From positions 6,232-70,231 of IMG/VR virus record IMGVR_UViG_2684622848_000004: a stretch of DNA of 64,000 bases; one strand, given 5' to 3'. This DNA comes from a virus. Shown one piece after another: positions 20,331-28,217 of the stretch (position 1 is its first letter; every line of letters starts with the position of its first letter). The notes beneath the pieces were generated by a model. That model was not told the DNA's origin. It was given only the letters and a program-made list of their open reading frames with translations, and ran no database searches. The position numbers and the translations under genes were made by a program.

Positions 20331-20477
20331 CTAACTGATATTCACGTCAGAACCACGTAGAGCTGCGATAACACCAACAACGAGCAGGACCGACCATTTG
20401 AAGGCGATCCCAAGGCCGCACGTCAATCCTAGCCAAGTCCAGAAACCGGAAACATAAAGCTGTAATATCTCTATCAT
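20331..20477 (-). CDS. 48-aa membrane protein (not in ORF track)
   Basis: MIEILQLYVSGFWTWLGLTCGLGIAFKWSVLLVVGVIAALRGSDVNIS; ATGA-coupled to an upstream 33-aa ORF. Confidence 0.5.
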   Translation of the reverse strand: MIEILQLYVSGFWTWLGLTCGLGIAFKWSVLLVVGVIAALRGSDVNIS

Positions 20478-20699
20478 TGCTTACCTTCTGGCATCGGCAA
20501 GCACCCAAATGCCCACAGCATATTGACCTGAAAACAGTAGAGCCCCCAATAGGCTTCAAGAACGGAGGGATGCATCAGATTTCTCTCGCTTTACGTTCAA
20601 TAAGGTCAAACACAGTGCCCCCTGCAACAGCTTCTGGACTGTTTCAAAGCAGCAAACGGATCATGCCTGCTCCATCCACAGTCCCTCTCTCTGGGGGTG

Positions 20700-20933
20700 T
20701 TAATCGGCTGGTGTGAGGTCGATGTAGAACGTATCCCCCAACCCCAGCTGCTCAAGAGCGGCTGGATTGGTGATGGTCATCTTCAACTCACCACTTGGGG
20801 TCCACTTGCTCCAACCCTCGTTGTCATTACCATTGTGCACTGCGTTCAGCGTGACTTCAGCGCTAACTTCTCCAGGTGACGGGTTGTGGTGGTTTGTGAT
20901 CTTTGTGACGAAAAACTTTGCTCGAATTCCCAT
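20700..20933 (-). CDS. Conserved phage hypothetical protein
   Basis: RAKF.V...N..WSKWTPSGEL.MTITNPAA..FYIDLTP pattern seen in phage proteins. Confidence 0.8.
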   Translation of the reverse strand: MGIRAKFFVTKITNHHNPSPGEVSAEVTLNAVHNGNDNEGWSKWTPSGELKMTITNPAALEQLGLGDTFYIDLTPAD

Positions 20934-20947
20934 TTTTCTTTTCCTTA

Positions 20948-21208
20948 TTATTGAGGTGAGGAAGGACGCGATTTCGCTTCCATCGGATCCAGCAGAAGGT
21001 CCTCTCGGGCTCGCTCCATCAGCTTTAGCGCAACAGCAGTGCCTACATTAAAACACGCAATGCCGAGCCAGTTTCTCAGCACCAGCTCTGCATCTGAAAC
21101 TTCTTCGGCTAGATCTCCGAATGTGCGTTGCTCAACAAAAGTGCCAACGTCTTTTGGCATTTCTTTGCGAATAATCTCACCGACGCCGACATAGCTCTTC
21201 TGATGCAT
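20948..21208 (-). CDS. Hypothetical protein
   Basis: 86 aa ORF in operon orientation after tRNA-like element. Confidence 0.55.
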   Translation of the reverse strand: MHQKSYVGVGEIIRKEMPKDVGTFVEQRTFGDLAEEVSDAELVLRNWLGIACFNVGTAVALKLMERAREDLLLDPMEAKSRPSSPQ

Positions 21209-21232
21209 AATTTGACCTTTGTTTTAGAGGGA

Positions 21233-21307
21233 TGATTGCAGGGAGTGGATTTGAACCACTGACCTCAAGGTTATGAGCCTAGCGCGCCCGGACTTCTCTA
21301 CCCTGCT
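21233..21307 (-). tRNA. Degenerate initiator-type tRNA-Met(CAT)-like element
   Basis: AGCAGGG/CCCTGCA acceptor (1:72 mismatch), CTCATAA anticodon loop, perfect AGTGG-TTCAAAT-CCACT T-arm; D-stem broken, ends TCA not CCA. Confidence 0.75.
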
Positions 21308-21999
21308 TAAAATTTCACGAGTTTTGCGATGCGTTTCTCAACCTGCACCCTGAGTTCCTTGGGAGCTTCCTGCTTGAAGGTTATCAAGGCTTGGTCTTTC
21401 TGCATCTCTTTGCCCAATGCAGGGCCAAACAAACGACGCACACGGTAGCCAGCTCTCTGCGATGACTTGAACCGGCCTTTTGTGTCTCTTGGCTGGCTGG
21501 ATTTTTTGCCAAAAGTCCAAAATTCTTTAGGCAGCGCACTGGATGTGCTTCCACCTGGGATCAATGCAAAGAAGCCGCCATTGGAGGAGAACGAGCGCTT
21601 GAATGTTCGTGGAGCATTCCAGACACCGGACTTAACGAAGCCCTGATCATCAACGGAACGACCCGAGTTATACCGCTTTGCTGTGCGCCCCTTAGAGGAA
21701 AGAGCCTTCAGCCCCTTGTAAATCTCGATCTTGCCGCCCTTGTTGTTGGCAACGATCACCCCGGCAAGCTCAGCAGGCTTCGAAAACGCCCGCGTGTTCT
21801 TCACAACGTAGCTTTGATAGTTCCCAGGCTTCAGCGCCATCTGCTTGGCGGCAGCTTTCTGAACCTTGGTTTTTACTTTTTTGGTTGCAGCCATCACCCC
21901 GCGCTGGGCTTCCTGCTTCCATTTCCCATTTGCAAGCAGTTCAGAATGCTTCTTAAAGCTCACTAAGTGCTTGGTTTTCAGCGTAACTTGAACTTTCAT
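21307..21999 (-). CDS. Basic virion-associated protein (lambda gpZ / HK97 gp10-like)
   Basis: K-rich, V..LFGP motif near C-terminus; first late gene; start reassigned to ATG 21999. Confidence 0.65.
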   Translation of the reverse strand: MKVQVTLKTKHLVSFKKHSELLANGKWKQEAQRGVMAATKKVKTKVQKAAAKQMALKPGNYQSYVVKNTRAFSKPAELAGVIVANNKGGKIEIYKGLKALSSKGRTAKRYNSGRSVDDQGFVKSGVWNAPRTFKRSFSSNGGFFALIPGGSTSSALPKEFWTFGKKSSQPRDTKGRFKSSQRAGYRVRRLFGPALGKEMQKDQALITFKQEAPKELRVQVEKRIAKLVKF

Positions 22000-22072
22000 G
22001 GCCAGTTTCCATTCCATACCGTTTTCGGAATCGGAAATCCGAAAAAAAAAATCCAAAAAACGTTCAAATACT

Positions 22073-22115
22073 GCGCTGCGGCTGCCCCGCGGTGGTCCCC
22101 CCTCTGGAAGGAACC
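22073..22115 (-). other. Candidate cos site (cosQ/cosN-like)
   Basis: Minus strand GGTTCCT-N21-GGGCAGCCGCAG parallels lambda GGGTCCT-N23-GGGCGGCGACCT; A/T-tract repeats follow at 22070-22020. Confidence 0.5.
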
Positions 22116-22362
22116 TATGGGGGTGGGGTGAACAAAGGGGGATCAGGTGGCCTATAGGTCACAGAGTGCAGAAATGCCACGTGGCGCGACGGTGACAGTG
22201 TGGTGATCCTGCACTTGGCACGCGGATTGCTACGCGATGCACGCGGGGTTCCTTCTCTGCTTTCCGTGAGGCTAGGTTGATCAATGGGAAACGTTGAGGG
22301 GGCAGTTGCTACCGGGTGCCGGTCCATACCGGGCACCCTGCCCCTCTCAGAGAGCACGCAAC

Positions 22363-22386
22363 AAAAAACCCGCCAACTAGGGCGGG
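22363..22386 (-). terminator. Intrinsic terminator upstream of late operon (tR'-like position)
   Basis: CCCGCC-CTAGTT-GGCGGG-T6. Confidence 0.7.
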
Positions 22387-23021
22387 TAGTCTTTGGGGAG
22401 GCTTACGCAATCTCTCAACGTGGGAATACTTGTGACTCGTTTTTAGCGTTTCGGCAAGTGATTCGCCTACCAAATCCAAATATTTTTGGCCTTTCTTTTG
22501 TTGTTTCTCAATGAGTTATCATTTTAACGGATCAAATTGGTGCTTTTAATGTTGACTATAAGCTCAAAATGATCTTTTATTTAGCCATCGGAACAAACAA
22601 GCCGATTGGCCCAGAAGCCAGCTCATTGACAATAAGCCGATAGGAAATTCCAATTTTTGGAATGTTTGCCAAAACTGAGTTTAACCGCTCCCCTTGGCAG
22701 ATTGCACAAAACACGGATCACAATTTCAAATCGTCGCAATAGGGGAACCTTCGACAACGCACGACAAAGCGTTGCAGGGAACGGGGTTAGCGTGTGACCT
22801 GACTTACAAGCAACACGACGGAATTTTGCAGAAGGACTGCAACACACTCGCAAAGCATGAGTGTGCCAGCCGATTACCTAGGGGCTTTGCTTCTTAGGTT
22901 TTCGTCTAAGGCACTGGATAGGGCGACGGATCAACAATGGGTTCGTTTAAGTGAACGAGTTGGAATTCCTAGACGCCATGCGGAAAACGTGTGGCGTTCG
23001 GTGTTCTAACAGGGGGGTTAC

Positions 23022-23264
23022 ATGTTCTCGATTTCTGAAGTTCAAACCAGCATCAAACAATTTGCATCATCCAACGGGACAATCACACTTAGAGGTGCAA
23101 CGCTAGCGCTTAAGCCTTTTGGATTGTCAGTGCATGCTCGCATCACTGATGGCGCAATGTGCAAAGACTTCTCTGGCTCTCTCATAGCGCAACGTATCAG
23201 CGAAACGCACAACATTTACCGCGCAAGCGATGTCCTTACATTCGCTTCTAAGCAACTCACCTAA
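23022..23264 (+). CDS. Hypothetical protein
   Basis: 80 aa, G-rich RBS, first ORF of plus-strand operon. Confidence 0.5.
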   Translation: MFSISEVQTSIKQFASSNGTITLRGATLALKPFGLSVHARITDGAMCKDFSGSLIAQRISETHNIYRASDVLTFASKQLT

Positions 23265-23342
23265 GCCAATGCCTCTTCACTAGCCGCCAGTCTTGGCGGC
23301 ATTTGTGGAAGTATTGTTTATTCTAACCAAAGGAACCCAATC

Positions 23343-23858
23343 ATGTCTTTCAAAGTTCTTTCCGGTAAAGCTCTCTCACGCGCTATCTCTGGCTACGGCA
23401 AAACAGCTGCGAGCTTTGCGCAGCGCACGCACCAACTCGCATACTGTGCACTCCTGCACGTGGAGGAGCACAATTGTGCCTCTCTCCTTACAAAACTCTA
23501 CGAGTCCTCTCCTACCAATTATCGCACACAAATTCGCGAATATGCATGTGCACTTGGCAAGGTTGCATTCGACACTGACAAGCAGGAGTTTGCCTATTCC
23601 AAGGGCAAGAAGTCCGACATGGAAACCGCGTTGCGTGTATCGCCAGCTGAGTTCCAGCGCGAGATAAAGCAAAGTGCAAGTGCGTCTAAGTCCTTCGCTG
23701 ACCGTCTGTCAGCACTGGTTGAGAAAGAAATGAAGGCGGAAAGTGGTGACCATGCGCTTGCAAAGAAGCTCGCCAACTTCCTCAAAGCGAACGAACCAAA
23801 GTCTGTAATCGCTCCTGCAAATGATCAGGGAGAGGTGCAGCTGGAACTGGCATCCTGA
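23343..23858 (+). CDS. Hypothetical protein resembling podovirus early-region proteins
   Basis: AAGGA RBS; HQLAYCALLHVEEHN..LL..L pattern recalled from T7-like phage early proteins (not verified). Confidence 0.7.
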   Translation: MSFKVLSGKALSRAISGYGKTAASFAQRTHQLAYCALLHVEEHNCASLLTKLYESSPTNYRTQIREYACALGKVAFDTDKQEFAYSKGKKSDMETALRVSPAEFQREIKQSASASKSFADRLSALVEKEMKAESGDHALAKKLANFLKANEPKSVIAPANDQGEVQLELAS

Positions 23859-24036
23859 TAGTCCCCCACACTCCCCCCTTGTATGGGGGTGGTGTGGCTC
23901 CCTGAAAGCACGTGCCAACGCATGCTTTCAAGGTGCCATACCTGCACCTGTATCCCACCCACCAGCCAATTTTCAAAACACCAGAGATTTAGACGGGAGG
24001 AATCTGTCTGCACTCTGGCGTATGGAGGACACGGAC

Positions 24037-24177
24037 ATGCCACGTTATCACAAGCATTTTGAGACTTACGCGCAAGTACAGCGCCGTGAATTCCGTGATG
24101 AAATTGCTGAGTTTGTCGCCAACGCCGCGCTCCAACGCAAGCGCTACCAGTCTCGACGTATCCTGACTGCACGCTGA
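24037..24177 (+). CDS. 46-aa basic hypothetical protein
   Basis: GGAGGA RBS before ATG 24037. Confidence 0.55.
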   Translation: MPRYHKHFETYAQVQRREFRDEIAEFVANAALQRKRYQSRRILTAR

Positions 24178-24178
24178 T

Positions 24179-24265
24179 ATGTCGCGCCACTTCTATTTCT
24201 CAGTAGCCATGCTGGCGCTCTGCATCATGGTGGCTGTCCACTCCCTTTTCATCATTCCAGCCTGA
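24179..24265 (+). CDS. 28-aa single-pass membrane peptide (not in ORF track)
   Basis: MSRHFYFSVAMLALCIMVAVHSLFIIPA; fills the gap between two genes exactly. Confidence 0.45.
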   Translation: MSRHFYFSVAMLALCIMVAVHSLFIIPA

Positions 24266-24275
24266 CGGAGAACGC

Positions 24276-24704
24276 ATGGAACACTCCATTCCAACAATCT
24301 ACTCGCGGCTTGAGCAACACGCCGAGCCAGTTTTGCAGAACTACAAGACTGATCTCACAGAACACGACCGTCTTGAGTGTCGCAGTCTGAAGGCAGGACA
24401 AGGGGGGATCTGGGGTGTTCGCGAAAATGGCACACACTTTGTCGTCTTCCCTCTCCTCTATGGGCTGTCACCAGTGGTACTCGCCGAGCTCCTCAAGAAA
24501 AGCCGCATTACCCTTGAGCACATCAAAGAGATTATGCGTCTTCACCCTAAGGCGCGTTGGTACAACTTCACCTGTGAGACGAACCAACGTGGAAAAGTGC
24601 GCCTAACTACAGCTGAGCACGCACTGTCACGGCTGAATGCGTCACTTGCCTCAATCCAAGCAAGACTTGCAGAGGTAACCAACGCTCAACCCCATTCACA
24701 GTGA
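24276..24704 (+). CDS. Hypothetical protein (mobile-element type)
   Basis: GGAG RBS; DL..HDR......W..R..GTH motif. Confidence 0.75.
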   Translation: MEHSIPTIYSRLEQHAEPVLQNYKTDLTEHDRLECRSLKAGQGGIWGVRENGTHFVVFPLLYGLSPVVLAELLKKSRITLEHIKEIMRLHPKARWYNFTCETNQRGKVRLTTAEHALSRLNASLASIQARLAEVTNAQPHSQ

Positions 24705-24714
24705 GACACTGACA

Positions 24715-24954
24715 ATGGCCCTAGTTTTTGATAGCCTGTCCTACGCAAAAGATTTGGAAGATAAAGGTGTGCCACGCAAGCAAGCAGAGGCACACGCCAA
24801 CGCAGCGCGGGACTACATCATGAAAGATCTTGTCACGAAAGAAGACTTGCGACTGGCGCTGGAGAACCACGCCAATGTTATGACCATTCGCCTTACTGGC
24901 ATTATGGCCGCAATTCTTGGTTCGTTTGCGCTGTTCGATAAGTTCTTTATCTAG
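24715..24954 (+). CDS. DUF1640/CCDC90-like coiled-coil membrane-anchored protein
   Basis: FDSL.YAK.L...G....QAEA, LVTKEDL, C-terminal TM helix. Confidence 0.8.
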   Translation: MALVFDSLSYAKDLEDKGVPRKQAEAHANAARDYIMKDLVTKEDLRLALENHANVMTIRLTGIMAAILGSFALFDKFFI

Positions 24955-24985
24955 CCCTCCCACTCATTCAACAATCCACTTGAAG

Positions 24986-25011
24986 CGCTCCCATCTGGGG
25001 GCGTTTTTTTT
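24986..25011 (+). terminator. Internal intrinsic terminator
   Basis: CGCTCCC-ATCT-GGGGGCG then T8. Confidence 0.7.
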
Positions 25012-25031
25012 ATGCCTGAAAGGATGCATCA

Positions 25032-25697
25032 ATGCCTGTACTCCTCCAGACTACTGCGTATTGCCTCACCGAGCTTCCGAAGAATGTCCAGAGCCGTGTG
25101 CTTGAGCGTTACCGTGCGTTCTATGTGCACGATGACTGGTATCAATCCATCTATGAACACGCGGATCAGGCTGCCCAGCTCTTGGGTATCACGATCAACC
25201 GCAAGCACATCAACACCCAACGCCTTTGCACGACACCCGCAATCTATTTCCAAGGGTTTTGTTCGCAAGGCGACGGGGCTTGCTTTGAGGGGCATTTCTC
25301 CAGCCCAGGCAACAGTTCGCAGATCGTTGCCAACATTGCAGCATTCAGTCCTGAGGATGTGGACTTACTGAACATCGCCAAGCGGATCCAGCACCTTCTA
25401 GTGCACACAGATGACCAGTTGACTGCCACCCTCACCCACAATGGGTCTCGTTACTCTCATCCTTCCACTATCTGCGTAGATGCAGAGCTGGTTTCTGAGA
25501 GTGATGAGACCATTGAAGCAATCACTCCCCCTCAAGGCATTGAAACAGAGCTCACTGAAGCTCTGCGCCATTTCATGGGCTGGATCTATCGCAAGCTTGA
25601 GCGGGAGTTTGAGTACCTGACCAGTGATGCTCAGATCGCTGAGGCGCTCAATAGCAATAGCTTCCTCTTCACAGAATTTGGCGAACCAGCTGCCTAA
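25032..25697 (+). CDS. Conserved mobile-element protein (family commonly labelled antitoxin-like)
   Basis: IYFQGFCSQGDGACFEG motif; IYRKLEREFEYLTSD C-terminus. Confidence 0.75.
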   Translation: MPVLLQTTAYCLTELPKNVQSRVLERYRAFYVHDDWYQSIYEHADQAAQLLGITINRKHINTQRLCTTPAIYFQGFCSQGDGACFEGHFSSPGNSSQIVANIAAFSPEDVDLLNIAKRIQHLLVHTDDQLTATLTHNGSRYSHPSTICVDAELVSESDETIEAITPPQGIETELTEALRHFMGWIYRKLEREFEYLTSDAQIAEALNSNSFLFTEFGEPAA

Positions 25698-25741
25698 TTC
25701 TCTCCCTTTCCCGAACCACACTTTCACAAGGACGAGTAGCC

Positions 25742-26644
25742 ATGAACGCTATTACCGATATTCCATCCGTATCCAACACCCTCGCCAGCCGCGCTATGCT
25801 GATTTCATTGTCAATCAGCAACTGGTCCGGTCGCAAACTGGACCGCAAGGTAACAGAAGAGGTCAATACCTCTCGCGGTGCTGCATCCGATGCCGGTCGC
25901 TACAACAAGCAGTTGCTTCCCAAAGAAGCGCTTGATGCAATCCATAAGAAAGCAGGTGCAATCCGCAACGAGTTCTATGCTCGTACCCTCCCATGGATGG
26001 ACGACGGTCAGCGCATTATGGCGGCCAATGCGTTTCTTGCACACTCCCAGTGGTTCGCAAACCAGCGCACAGGTTATGACAAGCTGGTTGAGGACTTCCT
26101 GAAGGAATATCCAGATTTCGTTGAGCAGGCCAAGTTGAACCTGAAGGACATGTTCAACGCTACAGACTACCCACCTGTTGATGTTCTGCGCCAGAAATTT
26201 GGGATTGAGATCACCGTCCTCAATGTACCCAACTCCGAGGACTTCCGTGTCTCCATCAGTGAAGCACAGGCAGACCAGATCCGCACCCAGATTGAGGCTA
26301 AAGTCACAGAGGCCTCACAGAATGCGGTGAAGGATGTTTACCGGCGTATCACCGAATCCCTGACCCGTATGGTGGAGCGGCTGAACAACTACAAGCCAGG
26401 TAACCGCGTTGAGCGAGCGCAAGGTGTGTTCAGGAACAGTCTTGTCGAAAACATTCGTGACCTGATTGAGGTCATGCCTGCTCTCAACATCACCGGAGAT
26501 CCAGAGTTAGACCGGCTGGCAGAGCGTTTGAAAGACGTGACCATCTATGACGCAAATGTCCTGAAAACCAATGCAAATAAGCGGAAAGACACAGCTCAGG
26601 AAGCCCAGGCGATCCTCGATAGCATGTCTGCATTCGTGGCGTAA
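25742..26644 (+). CDS. DUF3150-like protein
   Basis: LISLSISNWSGRK, RTLPW, YPP..L..KF, LNITGDP motifs; neighbour of AAA/vWA pair. Confidence 0.7.
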   Translation: MNAITDIPSVSNTLASRAMLISLSISNWSGRKLDRKVTEEVNTSRGAASDAGRYNKQLLPKEALDAIHKKAGAIRNEFYARTLPWMDDGQRIMAANAFLAHSQWFANQRTGYDKLVEDFLKEYPDFVEQAKLNLKDMFNATDYPPVDVLRQKFGIEITVLNVPNSEDFRVSISEAQADQIRTQIEAKVTEASQNAVKDVYRRITESLTRMVERLNNYKPGNRVERAQGVFRNSLVENIRDLIEVMPALNITGDPELDRLAERLKDVTIYDANVLKTNANKRKDTAQEAQAILDSMSAFVA

Positions 26645-26692
26645 GACCCAACAGGCGGCCTACCGCCACCTCTCTCTTTCTTGGTAAATTCA

Positions 26693-27190
26693 ATGTCTGA
26701 CAATGTTCGAAATTTTCTCGACCTTTCAACGGGTCATCTCCTTCCGTCAACACGAGATCTTCTCGACGGAGAATTGCTCTCCATCAGAATGTTTCAGCAT
26801 GAGTATGGATGGCTCCTACCAACCCTAAGCGAAGACCATCCAGATCTTGGCGCTATTCCATCCGACTTATTGGCATGCATTGCGCTGGCTCGGAAACGCT
26901 CTTGTGACTACATCTTGTTTGATAGAGATGCTTCTCCTGATGACGACCTGATCTATTACGACGACAATCATATTGGCACCGTGCAGGTTCAGGTCTCAGA
27001 GATCGTGGAATACCACTTCGATATGCCGGTCACTCAAGAGCAATTGGACCTCATCCAAAATGATCCCAATGCACTGGATGAACCCGCAGAGAGCTTCTTT
27101 ACCGAGGTTGGAGCCAAGCCAGAGTGGGTGACATCTGTCCATAATCGCACAGTCGATATGATCGACGCGGACGACGCCACCCAGTCCTGA
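26693..27190 (+). CDS. DUF5983-like protein with acidic C-terminal extension
   Basis: FLDLSTGHL, YGWL, P.DL...AR...CDYILFDRDA motifs. Confidence 0.7.
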   Translation: MSDNVRNFLDLSTGHLLPSTRDLLDGELLSIRMFQHEYGWLLPTLSEDHPDLGAIPSDLLACIALARKRSCDYILFDRDASPDDDLIYYDDNHIGTVQVQVSEIVEYHFDMPVTQEQLDLIQNDPNALDEPAESFFTEVGAKPEWVTSVHNRTVDMIDADDATQS

Positions 27191-27230
27191 ACTTCCTTTT
27201 CACGATTACCAATTTCCTGGAGAACACAGC

Positions 27231-28217
27231 ATGACCGCCGTAACCATTTCACGCGCATCCACATTGCTCGAACACTACATTGCCAAGGATATTCCTGCCT
27301 TTCTTTGGGGCGACGTTGGGATTGGCAAGTCAGACAGTGTTGCTGCTGTCGCCAAGAAACAAGGCGCCGAGCTGCTGGACATTCGCCTTTCCATGTTTGA
27401 TCCGGTGGACTTGCGCGGCCTACCCACAATCCAGAACGGTGAAACCGTTTGGCTAAAGCCAGCAATCTGGCCAAAGGACGACAACACTCCCAAGTTTCTC
27501 TTCTTTGATGAGTTCGACCGTGCTTTGCCGTCCGTACAGAACGCTGCCCTTCAGATCGTTCTGAACCGGCGCATTGGTGAACATAAGCTGCCTGATAACG
27601 TGCGTATCATTGCCGCTGGCAATGGCAACACTGACCGTGTTGGAACGCAGCGCACGTCAGCCGCTGGTGATAACCGTTTCGCTCACATCTATGCGGAAGC
27701 AGATCTACCATCATGGCAACGTTGGGCGGCTTCAGCTGGCGTGCACCCACTCATCATCGCCTTCGTGTCATTCCGGCCTGAACTTCTTCACAAGCGCGGA
27801 GGAAAGAACGAGAAGACCTTCCCCACTCCCCGCACATGGGAAGCCGTCAATGACTTCGCGGATGCACCTGATGATATCCGGATGGATTTGGTAACGGGTT
27901 TGATTGGAGAAGGAGCAGCAGCTGAGTTTGAAGGCTTTGTGGGGGTGTTCAAGAACCTGCCTTCGCTTGATGCGGTCATTACAGACCCAACTGGATCACC
28001 AGTTCCCTCAAAACCAAACACCCGCTACGCAATCAGCGCTGGTCTTGCAGTGAAAGCAGACATGAACAACATCCAGAACATCATCACGTACCTGGCACGC
28101 CTGCCTCAAGAATTCTCAGTCCTTGGCGTGATGAATGCGTCTCGCCGTGATCCATCAATCACCCACACTCCAGCCTTTATCCAATGGTCGTGTGAAAATC
28201 AGGATGTGACCTTATGA
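27231..28217 (+). CDS. MoxR-like AAA+ ATPase
   Basis: GDVGIGKS Walker A, LFFDEFDRA Walker B, AAGN sensor, NRF, FPTPRTWE. Confidence 0.93.
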   Translation: MTAVTISRASTLLEHYIAKDIPAFLWGDVGIGKSDSVAAVAKKQGAELLDIRLSMFDPVDLRGLPTIQNGETVWLKPAIWPKDDNTPKFLFFDEFDRALPSVQNAALQIVLNRRIGEHKLPDNVRIIAAGNGNTDRVGTQRTSAAGDNRFAHIYAEADLPSWQRWAASAGVHPLIIAFVSFRPELLHKRGGKNEKTFPTPRTWEAVNDFADAPDDIRMDLVTGLIGEGAAAEFEGFVGVFKNLPSLDAVITDPTGSPVPSKPNTRYAISAGLAVKADMNNIQNIITYLARLPQEFSVLGVMNASRRDPSITHTPAFIQWSCENQDVTL

